A DNA stretch of 64,000 bases, taken from Camelus dromedarius. Its lineage: Eukaryota. The notes under the pieces were generated by a model. It was not told the origin of the DNA. It saw only the letters and a program-made list of their open reading frames with translations, and searched no databases. This document shows positions 40,497 through 56,834 of this stretch, in pieces. The stretch spans positions 62,064,001 through 62,128,000 of the forward strand of contig NC_087437.1 of NCBI RefSeq assembly GCF_036321535.1. The letters are read 5' to 3'. The translations under genes were made by a program, and so were the position numbers. Every line of letters starts with the position of its first letter. Positions within the stretch are counted from its first letter, which is position 1.

Positions 40497-41450
40497 TTTT
40501 CATTATTTTAAATTATACATAATTTACATGTAATAAGATTTATCATTTTTAGGGCATATACTATGTATACATATACTATGTATATAAAAATATAAGCATA
40601 AATTTGTGTAACCCACCATCATCACAGTGAAGATACAGACCAGTTCTGTTGCTCTCCAAAATTCCCCTGCAGTTTTCAGGTCAGCCTCTCCCCCACTCCC
40701 AACCTGTGGCAAACACTGATATTTTTTTCTCTCTCTTTAGTTTTGCCTCTTCTAGAATATTATATAAATTGAATCATATGGTATGTAACCTTTTGAATCT
40801 GGCTTTTTCCATTCCTATTGTTGATGGATGGGTAATTAAATTTTTTTTATTGTTGATCAGTATTCTTTTGTATGAATATATCGTAGTTGATGCCTCCATT
40901 CCTTACTTAAGGTATATTTGGGTTGTTACTAGTTTTTGGTGTTTACGAATAAAGCTTCCATAACCATTTGTTATAAAAATTTGTATACAGCTTTTTTTGT
41001 GAACGTATTTTCACATCACTTGGGAAACTACCTAGGAGTGGAATTGCTGGGTCACATGTTAAGTGAATATTTAATTTTATAAGAAACCACAAAACTTTTT
41101 TCCAAAATGATTGTACCATTTTGCATTCCCATAGTAACTTATGAGAGTTCCAGTTGAAACTGCATCATCACCGGTGTGTAACATTGTCACATTTCTTTAT
41201 TTTGGCCATTCTAATAGGTGTGCACTAGCATCTCATTATGGTTTTAATTTATGTTTCCCTAAGGACCAGCTATGTTAAGCATCTTCTCATGTGCTTATTT
41301 GCCATTTGTGTGTATGTATCAAATTTTGACGGAAGGGGTGTAAAGTGCCTCTTCAGTTCTTTTCTCCATTTGAAAAGAAATAGATTGCTTTCTTATTGTT
41401 GAGTTTTGAGTACTCCTCATATGTTTATTTATATATCAGATATGTAATTT
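40497..41450 (-). mobile_element. L1MC/MD 3' fragment
   Basis: CCTAGGAGTGGAATTGCTGGGTCA; TTCCAAAATGATTGTACCATTTTGCATTCCC. Confidence 0.8.
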
Positions 41451-42279
41451 GTTATTTTTTCTCTCATAGACTTGTTTTTTCTAATTGATAGAAAACCATT
41501 GTTTTCTTCAAAGACTTCTTGATATTTTCCAAGATAATACTGCACTTAATTTTATTTTATATATAATATTAACTTCATATTTCTAACTGTAATGTAAAAT
41601 AAAAAGTAAATGATAATGAATTTTACATTAATGTGTTTTCTGAAATATGCAGAAATCCAAACACAAAAATTTGCCAAGAGTATTAGGCTTTATTTTCTGC
41701 CTATTAAGTATAGAGCAGAAGTTTTATTATATGTTTCAAAGAACAGTATGAATATTTTTTATATTCAGTAGGTAATACAGTGTTCTTATATAACATCTCT
41801 TACCTAAAAAACTGCTTAAACTGTGTATTTCTTATAAATCCATGTTTAGTACCAAACTGAAGCACTAAAAGAAATTAACTTACATCATATGGAAAATAAA
41901 TTACCTTTGGAAAATATTTTAGCATGTGACTTATATTTATTTTAATTATATGTAGAATGTAATTTATCAGATTCATGCTTTGCAACGATTAAAATGCTCT
42001 TACCACATTACTGAATCAATGGTGCATTTGAAATAAGCAAAGATCATCATTCACACTGAATAATCTTAAAGTACATAATGAAATTCATAGAGATCTGATA
42101 ACATCAGAGAGAATAGGTCATGTAAAAATTTAGAACTACTATTGTAAAAGTATTATAGTTGTTAGTTCTAAGTATTAAATTTTAAAGCACTAAGGCAATT
42201 TGCTTGTTACTGACCATTTTTGAGAGTAAACAGGAAATAGTCAAGCGAAGAAGCATTTCTTATTTTGAAAAGCCAGTGT

Positions 42280-44620
42280 CTTGGATTTGCTATAAAATAA
42301 CCCAGCCTCAAGTTGGCTTAATCCATTTTGGGATTTAGGTTATCATCTCCCACACTATGTGCTCAGAAAAAGGGTGAACCCTCTTTAAAAGAAGATAACA
42401 TCATCCAGAGCCTGTACAATTTTTCATATAGTGTATTTTGCATTCAATAAAAAATGACATTGCATACCAAATGATGGGATGGAATCACAGAAAGGCAAGA
42501 TGAAAAAAGATAATAAAAACAGTCTCTTGGGTGATCCAGACATTAGAGTTACCAGAGAAGGGCTTTAAAATTTAAACTATGACTAATATGTTTAAGAAAA
42601 TAGTAGAAAAGACACAAATAGATGAAAAAATGGAGACTTTTACCAAAGAATTGCAAGCTATGAAAAATAGGAAAATGAAAATTTTATAACTAAAAAAATA
42701 CAGTAATTGATACAGAGAACATATAAGTTTAATGGAATAATAGAGGCAGTAAAAGAGAAGGTTAATGAAATGGAAGACATCAATAGAAAATATCACAGGG
42801 AGAAAAAAATGAAAACATAGAAGAAAGACCTGTGGAATATAACCTTTCTTAACTTGGATATGGAAAGTGTTAGTCATAGTAGAAAAAAATTAAAACTTGA
42901 GTTGCGTTAATGCTAAGACCTTTTGTTCTTTAAAGACACTATTAAGAAAGTGAAAACTAAGCCTGTAAGTAGGTACAGAATTCCTACTAATCTGTTAAGA
43001 AAACCACAAGCTAATAGAAAAGAATGCAGAAGCTTAATACCAAAAAAGTTTACCATGATCAGGAAACACGAAGGGGTACTCAGCTCCATTTCTATCAGGG
43101 AAATTACTTAGTATTGCAACCTCATACCACTTGCACACACCCTGGAAGGGCTAAAATCAGAAATATAAGTGGTACACAGTACAGTCTGCCCTCTGTATCT
43201 GCCGTTCTACATCCATGGAGTCATCCAGCCACAGATCAGAAATACTACATGATCCGTGGTTGATTGAATTTTGGCATCTGCAGATTTTGGTATCCGTGGA
43301 TCCAAGGGACTGCTTGATTGCTGGATGCTAAGGGATGACTGTACTTGCAAGGATGTGGAGCAGTTGAAACTCATGTATTATGCTGGTGGGTATGTAGATT
43401 GGCACATCCACTTTAGTAAAGTGTATCTACTGAGGTTGCACCCACATAAACTCTATGATCTGTCATTTTCACTCTAGTTTTATGTTTATGTAGTGTGCAT
43501 ATAATCACCAGAAAACATATACAAGAATGTTAAAGCAACATTGTTAGGAATAGCCCAAAAGTGGGATTTTTTTTTTTTTTTGGCTGAAATCAAAACCCAG
43601 ATTTCCATTAAGGTTGAATGAATAAATTGTAATACATTCATATGATGGAATGGAATACTGGACACGGCATTATAGATAAATCTTAAAAGCGTAACACTGA
43701 ATTAAAGAAGCCAGGCACAAAAGAATACATACTCTATGACTCCATTCATGTGTATTTCATAGACAAGGCAAAATGAATTATTTGTTAGAAATCAGCGTAG
43801 TAATTCCTGATGGAGAAGGGATAGAGGTGCTTCTGCAGTGCTCGTAATTCCAAAGAACAGTGTTCTCTTCCTTGGTTGGGCTGCTTATTATACAGCTGTG
43901 TTCACTTTGAGAAGATCCATCAGACTACATGTATATTCTGTAGACTTTTGTGTAGGTATATTACATTTCAAGGAATTTGTTTGTAAAATGTGGTAAGAGA
44001 ACCTTCGGTGTACTTTTTTTTATAAGCTTTAACATTTCCACGATAAGAGCAGTTAAGGCAGAACTAATCTCTGGTGTCATAAGTCTGGATAGTGTTTATC
44101 TTTGACAGGTTAATGGCCAAGTGAGGCTTCAGGAGGCACTTAGGAGATGCTGATAATGTTCTGTTTCTTGATTATGGGTGCTAGTTACATGAATTGTGTG
44201 GGCTTTGTTGAAAATTCAACAAGCCATGATTATGATTTGTTTGCTTTTCTGTATGGCCGTTATTATATTCCAGTAAAAAATTTACTTGATTAAAATAAGA
44301 AAGAAAGGAAGAAAGAATGGGAAGAATTAGTTGAAATAAAATTTGCTTAGTATTGGTAATTATTAAAGCTGAGTGATGGGCACATGAGGGCTCTTTATAG
44401 TCTTCTCTACTTTTGTGTATATCTGAAAATATCTATAAGAATAATTAAGATAAACTATAGGGACAGACAGCAGATAATTGTTTGCCTGGAGAATGGGAGA
44501 GGGAAGGACAGAGGGGCAGGAGGAAGGGATTACATAGAGTAGCAGGAAACTGGTTTTAGATAAACTCATTATTGTGGTGATGCTTTCAAAGGTGTTCGTT
44601 GGTGAAAACTCATCAAATAG
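42280..44620 (+). mobile_element. Cluster of old sense-strand L1M fragments (ORF1-region and 3'UTR pieces)
   Basis: A-rich L1-like text, e.g. AAAGAAGCCAGGCACAAAAGAATACATACT and GCAAGGATGTGGAGCA. Confidence 0.7.
43182..43341. mobile_element. Tigger (MER2/MER8-like) MITE, 160 bp
   Basis: Imperfect TIRs CAGTCTGCCCT / AGGGATGACTG with TA flanks at 43180-43181 and 43342-43343. Confidence 0.8.
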
Positions 44621-47074
44621 TCAAATAATGTAAAAAAAAGAAACAAACTTGGGTTCCAACCATTCCACTACTATAATTTTCCTGGACATTTCCTGTCCTT
44701 TCCCAACACTGGCAAACACTTAGTACTTGCAAAATGATGAAAACCTGGGTGCAGCTTCCTGTATTATTGGGTAAACCATGATGTAGATGAATTTGGTGCT
44801 AAAAAGGTGGCCACACCAGGGTTCATCCCTAGGTCTGGTTCATTATCACCGTGACTTTGAATAAAAGTTTCCTAGCCTTGGCAAATAAGGATAATTTACT
44901 TGACAAGAATAGAGTTGATTTAAATGTTAAGAGTGTTTGGTATACATAGTAGGTGCTCAATAAAAATTGAAGCTAAAGATATAAATGAGACATATTCTAG
45001 GTTGGAATGCATATTTCACCTGCATTTTTAAGGTGACACTTTAAAAAGTAGAGTGCTTGGAGCAGACCACTTCATACCATGTTCGTACTTGTAGTGCTTG
45101 TTCACTCTCTTCAGCTGTTAAACTGACAACTGAATTCAGAAAAGATAACTGCATAAAATTGTCACTAATTCTTGAGTCAAACAACCTGAATTCTTTGCAT
45201 AAAAGTTATGTTATGCTCCTTGTTCAAATTAGAGCATGTATGCCGTATTTCTCAAGTGCATTGTACGTGAAATAAAAGTGTAGGTTGCAGTTCATGTAAA
45301 GAAGCAAATCACTATATTGTGACAATAGTAGAGACAGTTTTAAGGGTGGAAAAAAAGTCAAAGGACCCTGATTAGGAAAAAGGATTTTACTGATGAACAG
45401 AGTATGTTTTTGAGAGAATGGTCCTTCATCCTTTGATACTCTAGTTATTTTTAAAAAGAGTGAAAGCAGGTATGTGTTTGTCCAGTCTTACATGAAGACC
45501 ACACCACATAAGAAAGAAAATAAGCTGATGACAAGTTTCTTTTTTGCAGGATGCAGTCTAGGGGATTCAGTATACCGTCTGTTGATTTGGTAACCCTCTT
45601 TGTGCTTAATGTAGTCTTCATTGTTGATCTTTTATTCTAGAGCACTTGTTTTCAAGAGGTAGCTGGAAATTAGGGGTTTATGTTAAATTCACAAACAGAT
45701 GGACTAATTTGAAATGTTTACAACTCAGGATGATGTTAACTTAGCTCACTGCTGTTTTATATCTATTTTACATTTTGGTATTCTAACTTAAATTTCTTTT
45801 TGGTAGGGATATACTGACACCCATCTATCCAGCCATTTTACTAATTTAAAAAACTTTTTAAACCACCTCTATAGTAGATAGACTTGTGTGTTATTCTGAA
45901 TTAGTTTTTTAAATGAATAGAAAATAGTTACATATGCTACGTTTAGATGGTGCTAACTATTAACTAATACTACTTCATTTTAGGTCTTGCACTGTGCAGG
46001 TGCCATCATTGGGACATCAATTACTTAGTATGCTTGGATAATTAGTGCCAGATGTGTATTGTCTTCATTTATTGGCTGATAGAAAAATGAAATATGGAAA
46101 TTGCCATGATTATATGATGTTCAGCTTATTTTCAGAATTAGGACAGTATTATTTGTTTATTTCCTACATATGATTAAAAATTTGACTCGAGTCTACCTGG
46201 GATGTTGCTCTTAATAGAGGTGATTAATCATCTTTCAGAGTTGTCTGTCCCGTAAAGTGGAAGTCTAAAATCTAATCTCTGGTAGCCAAGAAATAGTTTT
46301 CCATCTGTCATTTGCTATGTCATCTTAAGGAAACCAAACTACTTAAAAAAAATTACACTGTAAATGTATAATTTCATAGCTCTACAAAAGGAAAGAAGAG
46401 AAGCCCAGAAAAAATGAAAGAACTGTTTCTTCATTTTCTTTTGTTGAGGGAGGTGGTGACCCCAATGTGTTATTTTTGTAAATGCACAAACGTTGCCAGT
46501 GTTTCTAAAATTTAAAATGCAGGCGTTGAAGTTTCTCTCTGATCTCCATTCTAGGGAAAGAAAACCATTCTATACTTCTAGAAAGGTAGGGTTTTAAAAA
46601 ATTCACTACCCAGAAATATTACTACTTTAATTAGTTAACTTCTTAAGGACTTTTAGGTTTTTGTCAGTTTGATTGACATGTGTATGTTACTGTGGCAACT
46701 TAACAGTTTTTATTTAATAATTTATACTTCACTGGTTGTGGTTTATTCTCAGATGATTTCCTATATAGTTTCCTGCATAGCGTATGGGTTCTTCTTAGAC
46801 TGACAAATGAACTGTCTAGCCTCCCAGAAGTACTGTATGCCAAAGATATTCTTGTATTTCTATATGCTCTAAAGTTTTAAGCAATTTTCTGTGTGTGTGG
46901 TTTCTATTCCATGTAATTTTAGTAATCCTCCTTGTTTCCTGTTTTCCTAAATTAGTTATCTAGCTTAAGGATGTTTTCATTTGAGATACATAGCCCAGTC
47001 ATTGGGTTATAACTGTAATCAATATGTTAATATAATGATAATCATTTATCATCAACCTCTTAATTTTTATTTTT

Positions 47075-47830
47075 AATAGCTGATATTTATTGAGCTATTA
47101 GAATGTGCTAGACTTTGTTCTCAAATAAAGATGGGTTATCTCATTTAACATTTAGTTGAGAGGTATGTTTTATTTATATCTTTATTTTACAAATGGGGCT
47201 ATCAAATCTTAAGAGTTTAAATAACATGCTCAATGTCTCACAGTTAAGAAATGCTGAGACCAGCACTAAAACCCAGCTTGCAAGACTAGATGGATGGAAG
47301 TGTCATCATGTAGTTAGGGAATCTGAGGACTAAGCTGTGGGTGGAAGATCACAAGTTTAATGTGGAATATGGTGCATTTGAGATCCCTAAGTGTCATAGA
47401 AGTGGATAAGTTCAGTAGGCAATTTGGACGTGTGCTCCGGAGCTCAGATTTGACAGTAATTAAAGCTATGGAAATAGATGTTTCCCTTCCTCCCAAAGAA
47501 AAGAATATGGAATGAGAAAAGCAAGGAGTTTAGGAGGAAGCCATGAAGAACTAAAACATTTTATGGTTGGAGGGAGGAGGGTGAGCTGGAAAGAGCGTTG
47601 AGAAGGGGCAGTCAGAGGTGAAAGGGCATGAATGTCATAGAAGCCAAGGGAAAAGTGAATTCGTGGAGAAAGAAAGGGATCACCTGAGCTGAAGGCTGTT
47701 GAGAGGTCTGTTAAGATAACTGAAAACATGTAGTTGTGTTTGGTAACCTGTAGGTGATTCACAAGAGCCATTTTGATGATGTTAGTGCAGAAGCCAGATT
47801 AGAATGGCTGAAGAGGAAGAAGAGAGTTAA
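47075..47830 (-). mobile_element. MIR followed by an L2 fragment
   Basis: MIR start AATAGCTGATATTTATTGAGC; purine-rich L2 text, with minus-strand ORF 47466-47771 containing an RT-like LTDLSTAF motif. Confidence 0.7.
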
Positions 47831-48399
47831 TTGAAACTGCCAAAAATCAGATTAATATGTCAAGCCATAGTAAGCTAGTTTAACATAAAGCTATGTCCTT
47901 ATCAGTTTCTTGTGTATAATTTGCCCTAATAATTATCCATGTATTTTAGTAAGAATTCTTACCCATAAACATCTCAGTGTGTGCAGTGTCTTAAGTTTTT
48001 ACTAGGGAGAAACACTGCGATGGTGGTGGTGGTGGGGGTGATCTCATTGATAACTGTTAGAATCGAAATTCCAGGCTCCTAGGGTATTGGAAAATTACCA
48101 TTAGTGGAATACCTTGAGATTGTTTCTTCTTCACTATGTTATTGCTTTCCTGAATTGTAAACAATATTTATAAAATTCTTGGTATTTTCATGTAAGCTTT
48201 TCCTGTTAATCTTAAAATCACTCAAATGCTGCATGTAGATCATCTTCCTTTTCCAGTAGAGGGGCTCTGGTCCTTAAATAAAGGGATTTTCTCCTAAAGA
48301 AATTTAATTTAAGTGTTTTTTTATGTTTCTTAAGGAAATATGTATCAGTCATTTTATTTCTTTTTCATTCAAGAGACATACAAAAGTTGGGAACAAGAT

Positions 48400-50200
48400 A
48401 CAGCACACATTATCACCATTATTTTTTAACGTAATGTTTGAGAATAGTAGCCAGCAAAAGTAGAGAAGAGGAAAATATTATAGGTTAAAAAAACCCCCTA
48501 TGTTTGCAAACAGTATTATTGTAAACTTGGAAAACCTATGAGAGTCAACTGAAAAATTACTGCACACCAGCAAATTCATTACAAGTGCAGAAAACCATAT
48601 ACTTTTGTACACATACACAATAAACTATAAAATGGAAGAAAACATTTTTTATAATATCAACAAAAAGAAATGTAGAACATTCCATATTAAGAAATTATTA
48701 AAACACTATTTGAGGACAAAACAGAATTTGATCAAATGGGAAGCTATATCCCCTTTTTTTCGCTGATGAGAAGAGTCAGCATCAATAAAGTATATCGGTT
48801 TTCCATCAGTTAACCTGAACATTTCAGGCAACTCCCTTTTCCCCTATCCCAGCCAGATACTAGACAAGCCAGTTCAGAAGTGATTTGGAAATTGGACATA
48901 ACAACCAGGGGAGAACAAAAGAAAAGAAGAACAATGGGGATTAGCCCTACCAGGTGGTAAAGTGTATTATATAAAGTCTTAATGAGTAAAACACATTGGT
49001 TCTGGCTTACTAATAGTCCAATGGGACAGAACAGAAGGTCTACAGATAGACCAGGGGAACTTACTAGTGTATGATTATGATAAAGAAATGATTTTAAAAA
49101 ATGTGATCAGGAAAAGCTGAACTTTGCAGTAGATGATGTTGGGAAAACTGGATGGCCATCTGGATGGAGTTTTGTCCATATCTCACATTCTACCTCAAGA
49201 TGAACTCCAAATGTATCAGATTTCATGTAAAAGATAAAACTATATATGTTTCATTAAAAATATGGACAGATTGGAATGAGAAAATTCAAGTAATGCTCAA
49301 AATCTAATATCTGTAAAAGAAAAGATTGATAAATTTGGCTACATAAAAATTTAAATCCCTATTAGTCAAATAACTACACCTCCCGTATGCCCCGCCTCAA
49401 AAAAAAAAAAAAGGAAAAAAATCCTGAAACTCATATAAATGACCAGTCTCTTTAATAAAGCTCTTATAAATCATCAAGAAAAAGACAAGCAACCTAGTTT
49501 AAAAAATAGGTGAAAGATAATGTACAGACAGCTCACAGAAAATGACATATAAAGTGGTCAGTCTCATACTGAGATACTGCTTTTCTCACATATTGGATTT
49601 GCAGTCCTCAGAAAGTTAAACATACTAGTATTTGGCAGGGTTATAGGGAAACAGTCATTCATACATGGCTGGCTGGTGGGCTACACATTAACATCTCCTG
49701 TGGAGACCAATTTGGCAATGTATTTCAAAGTCACAGACACATTTATTTGACCAGGAATTGTGTTTTGAGAATTTAACCTACAGGTGTACCTGCAAATGTA
49801 TGAATTAATGTATTGACAAAGTTTCTATTACAACATTATTTATAATAGGAAGTGTTTGGAAATTAAAAGGGGTCTGGTTAAATAAATTATAGTATGTATG
49901 TCTATCCATCAGTGAAAGATACCAGCTGTCAGAATGAGAGAGCTCTTTTTCTACTGGTAAGATCTCTAAGCTACTGAATTAAAAAAAAAAATTGGCCGAA
50001 CACTGAATAGAATATGCTGCCTTCACATAAGAAAGAAGGAAAAATTTTAAAGAGGATATATTTGTTTTTGCTTATGCTTGTGTCAAGAAACCCTGGAAAA
50101 GAAACATACCCAAACAAATAAATGTAGTTACCTATAGAGGGACAAAGATAAGAGAAAGATTTTTTTCCTGTGTAGATTTTTTTTCAAATGATTTAAATTA
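48400..50200 (+). mobile_element. Old sense-strand L1ME ORF2/3'UTR fragment
   Basis: GAAAAGATTGATAAATTTGGCTACATAAAAATT; GATGTTGGGAAAACTGGAT. Confidence 0.75.
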
Positions 50201-50502
50201 TAAAGAAACAAGGATACTTAAGTGACAAAACTTAAATTTTAAAATGTCTTATTTCTGGAATTGCTAGTTAAAAAGGGAGAGAAGAAGAGGGAAAAAAGTG
50301 GGAGAGAAAAACATGAAGATGGTGGAGTAAAAAAGGAAGGGGAAAGAAGTATTAAAGGAGAACAAAAAACAAAGGATTAGAAATAAGGATAGCAAACGTG
50401 GATGATCAAAAAATAAATGACTATGGATGAATTTGTGTTTACATTCATCTTTGGCTGACTTAGCCATCATAATTGGTCTATTTAGTTTAGGGGGCTGTGA
50501 AA

Positions 50503-50540
50503 GGTTTTTGTTTTTGTTTTTGTTTTTGTTTTTGTTTTTT
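50503..50540. repeat. (GTTTTT)n simple repeat
   Basis: About six units, read directly. Confidence 0.9.
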
Positions 50541-50799
50541 TAAAGCAGCAAAGGAGCATTTGTACAGATTGCTTTTAAGGCATTAATATTTCTAGTATCT
50601 TTTTGTTAAAGGAAATTTAATGTTGCTTCTAGTTAAACAAGCTCTTAATTCTTGATCATCAGTTAATATGTAGCAGATAATTTAAACATGAGTCTTCCCC
50701 ATTTAATTTATTTTAAATTTAATTACCAGCCCTTTGAGGCAAGAAATAATTTTATTTATCTTGGATGGTGTCAGTTACGTTATCATACAGTATTAGAAT

Positions 50800-52930
50800 T
50801 ACAGCTTTATTTATGTATAATTCACAATAATAAAAATCTACCCCTTTAAAGTACACAATTCAATAGTTTATAGTATATTCACAGAATTGTACAACTATCT
50901 CCACAATCTAATTTTTAGAACACTTTCCATCATTTTAAAATCCTGTACCCACTCCTTCCAGTACTAGGCAATGTTTTATCTACTTTCTGTCTGGGTTGCC
51001 TATTCTGTGTATTTCATATGAGTAGAATATATGGTAGGTGGTCTCTTTTGTCTAACTCCTGTCACTTAGCACAGGGTTTTAAAAGTTCATTCTTGTTGTA
51101 GCATTTACTTCTATTCTGTCTTTATAGCTGTATAATATTCCATGTTTGAATGTACCACATTTTGTTCATCAGTTGATGGACATTTGAGTTGTTTTTACTT
51201 TTGGGCTATTATGAATAATGTTTTTATGAATATTTGTGTTCAAGTTTTTGTGTGGAAATACATTTTCAATTCTCTTGGGTATATGCTTTGGAGGGAAATT
51301 GCTGAGTCATATGGTAACTCTGTGTTTAACATTTTAAGGATCTGCAAAATTGTTTTCCAAAGCAGCTTCACCATTTTATAATCCTGCCACCCAAATATTA
51401 GGGTTCCAGTTTCTCTACATCCATGCTAACAGTTTTAACTGTCTTAGGGTGTGAAGTGATATCTCATTGTGGTATTAGTTTGCATTTCCCGAATAAGTAA
51501 TGATGTTGAGCATCTTTTCATGTCCTTATTGGCTGTTTGTATATTTTCTTTGGAGAAGATGTTGAGTATCTTTTCATGTACTTGTTGGCTATTTGTATAT
51601 TTTCTTTCAGATCCATTGCTTCTTTTTAAGTTAGATTGTCTTTACTGTTGAGTTGTAAGAGTTCTTGTTATACTGGATATATATCCCTTATCAGATACAT
51701 GATTTGCAAATATTTTATCCCATTCCATAGGTTGTCTTTACACTTTAAAAAAAAAAACATAACTTGAAGTTTGTAATTTTAATCCTTTTAAAAAGCATAC
51801 AATTTAGTGACATGAAAAATTGTATACAAAATTGTACAAACAAGAATCTGTAGCATTAAGCAATAAGTCTCCTTTCCTCCCTCCACCACTGGTAACCTCT
51901 GTTCTCCTTTCTATCCCTATGAATTTGTCTACTCTAGGTACTTAATATAAATGGAATCACTCAATATTTGTCCTTTTTGTTTCTGAATTCTTTAACTTAG
52001 CATAATTTCTTCAGTGTTCATCCATATTGTATCATGTATCACTTTCATTTCTTTTTATGCTGAAATAATATTTCATTATTTGTATATATCACATTTTGTT
52101 TATCCATTCATCTGTTGATGGATACTTGGGTTGCTTCCATCTTTTGGTTATGAATGCTTCTATAAGCATTGGTATACAGATCTCTGAGTGAGTCCTTGTT
52201 TTCAGTTCTTTTGGGCAAGTACCTATGAGTAGGATTGTAGGCTTGTGTGATAATTCTATATTTAACATTTTGAGGACTTGCCAAACTTTCTCACAGGAAG
52301 CTACAGCATTTTAACTTTTCGCTTGTGTCCTTTGAAGCACAAGTTTTTAATTTTACTTATTTCTTGTTTGGTTGCTTGTGCTTTTGGTATCATATCTAAG
52401 AAATCACTGCCTAATCCAAAGTCAAGACTTATTCCTGTGTTTTCTCCTAAGACTTTTATAGTTTTAGTTTTCCCATTTAGGCCTATGATCCATTCTGAGT
52501 TAATATTTGTATATAATGTGAGCTTTGGGTCCAGCTCCATTGTTTTGCATATGGGTATCAAATTATCCCAGCATTATTTTTGAAAAGACTAATCTTTCCC
52601 CCACTGAAGTGCCTTAGCACCTGTGATGAAAGTCAGTTGGCCATAATATAAGGGCTTATTTCTGGACTCTGAATTCTGTTCCTTGATATATATATCTATC
52701 CTTATGCCATTACCACACTATCTTGCTTACTACAGTAGCTTACTTGTAAGTTTTAAAGTTGGAAAGTGTGAGTCTTCCTACTTAGTTTTTCCTTTTCAGG
52801 ATTGTTTTAGCTATTTTGAATCCCTTGCATTTCAATATGAATTTTAGGATCAAGTTATCACCCTCTATTTTGACTGAAGTGGGGTATATTACCATTATTA
52901 ACAATATTAAAGTCTTCCACTTCATGAATG
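50800..52930 (-). mobile_element. L1MB-type element with a second L1MB-like 3' end nested at ~51747-52310
   Basis: L1 3'UTR text occurs twice (TCAGTTGATGGACATTTG / TCTGTTGATGGATACTTG). Minus-strand ORF 52301-52561 (LDPKLTLYTNINSEWI...KTIKVLGEN) is L1 ORF2. The outer element resumes after the insert. Confidence 0.85.
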
Positions 52931-54751
52931 TCATGCAGAATTAATTGGATTCTAATCAGTTCATTAATTTTCTCTTTCATACTTTCTCATTTTGGGGAAA
53001 TGACTTTAACTTATGATATTAATGAGCTCTGTCATCGACATTTTTTATTTCAAAATATGCACCCGTTCTTACTTCTTTTTAAAATAACACCTGTACTCTC
53101 CTTCGCTTTTCATCCTAGTTCCTTTGGATCTTGTTCTTTTGATTATTCATCATAATATCCTATTTCAGTTTTAGGTTAGTATTCATATTCATTTTCTCTT
53201 CTTCACTTCACTCCTTCTTCTCTACCTTTGGATAAATCCATCTCCCCATCCTTAACAATACTTAATCTTGAATGGATTTTCTCCTATTACTTCTCATCTC
53301 CTTTTTCTCATTTCTTTCACTTCCAAACCTCCTTAATAAGTGATCTTCTCTCCCAGCATTTGTTGCTTCATTATTTATTCACTCATTAACCTCTTGGACA
53401 AGTACCTTAATGTTTATGCACTTCAGTATTTCTTTTTTATAAAATAAGTGAATTGATCTAAATTAGTTGTGTTAGATTCTCATTCTAGCCTCTAAACCCT
53501 TGGAGTCCTTGCTCAGAGCCTCTGTACAGAAGTGGAGCTGTTCTGACCTGAATTTGGGGTGACAAGCTTAGAACCAACCATTTGCCACACCAGCATCAGC
53601 CTTTGGAGGTCTCTATGGAACCCCTGAGAGCACAGTTTGAAAACCATTGCAGAATCCCTTCAACCCTAAAATTTGGTTAACTCCATAGCAATTACAAAAG
53701 TTGTGTTCTTGAAAGTTCGAAATAATTTTCTTGTTGCCAGATTAAATTCTCTTCTCCTGTACATTTTATAATATCTAAACCCTTGATTGCTGTTTATCGC
53801 CACTAAATTTTCTTTCCTTGGCTTTAATCACATACACACAATCTCTTTAAGGACTATTCAGCTTAGATTCTAATACTTCCAAGAAGCTTTTCCAAATCAT
53901 ACCAGTGCATGATAACATTGTTTCCACTAATATTCCACTGTAATAATCATTTATGCCATTCATTTGGTACTTAAAAATTGCACAAAGTATTTTGAGCTAC
54001 ATAAAGATAATTTAGGCCCAGATTATGACCTAAAGAAACATAGTCTAGTAAAAACAGAGTTGTACAAAATAATTACTAAGATGAGAATAATGAGTGCCAT
54101 GGAAGAAATGCAGCTAAAGTTCAAGAAGATAAAGATACCTTTCCTCTGGGGGAATAGGGCAAAGGGTCCCAGAGGAGATCGGTTGGGCCTTGGAGGGAAT
54201 GTAGTGCCTGAACACATAGAGGTGGGCATGCCTGACTGAAGGAGCAGTGTGGATCGAGGCAGAAGTAGAAAAGCATGAAATGGTAGGTTCATTGATTTGG
54301 CTGGAGGAAAAGGTTAAGAAGCAAACCAGTGGGATATAAAGTTGTGAAGGTAAACCAGAGCTGAATATAGTTTTGTCAGTTGTTTCTTTATAATATGTGG
54401 ACCTTGTTTTCCCAATTAGGTCAAAACTCTTTGAAGACAAAGAGTTTTATATCTTATACTTTTAACCTCCTGCAATGGGGTTATGAGTGGAGGAGACATA
54501 TTCAGTAAACTTTTGTTGAATGTATGAAAAGTACAAAAAGTAGTTTCCCAAACAAGCATTGTTCATGATAACTTCTTGTTACACCCTTCTGTTTACTTAG
54601 GCTGTAGCTTTATCAGTAACAACTATTTTTGATCTTCTTAGTAATGGTTCCTTATAGCAAAGAAGTCCTCAAACAGCACTCAATTTAATTTATTCCCAAA
54701 AGGAGAGTATGGCAACTTTAAAAGCCATTTATTTATAGGTTCTTGTGGTAA

Positions 54752-54976
<225 letters not shown>

Positions 54977-55226
54977 TGACATTGAGAGTCTTTTATCTGA
55001 AATTAAATTATAAAGTAATTCTAATAAATGTAGAAAATGGTACTACTCAAACTGCTTGAAGAACTTCCTAACTGTTGTTGATTAGGTTTATGACAGTTTG
55101 TTCAGCAAATTAGTTTGGAATTGCTCATATTATTATATCTATCTTTATATTAATTGCTGTTTTTCTTTTCTTTTCTTGGTTGACCAAAACACAAACTAAA
55201 ACAAAAAACTCACTTCTGAACTTTGA

Positions 55227-56834
<1,608 letters not shown>

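Noticed and set aside
45535..45600. Cryptic exon after TTTCTTTTTTGCAG
   Set aside because: The acceptor is good, but only a weak donor (TTG|GTAACC) is nearby, so it is indistinguishable from background.
50265..50400. Purine-rich stretch or 68-aa hydrophobic minus-strand ORF
   Set aside because: It is low-complexity GA-rich sequence, and its complement automatically encodes F/L/S.
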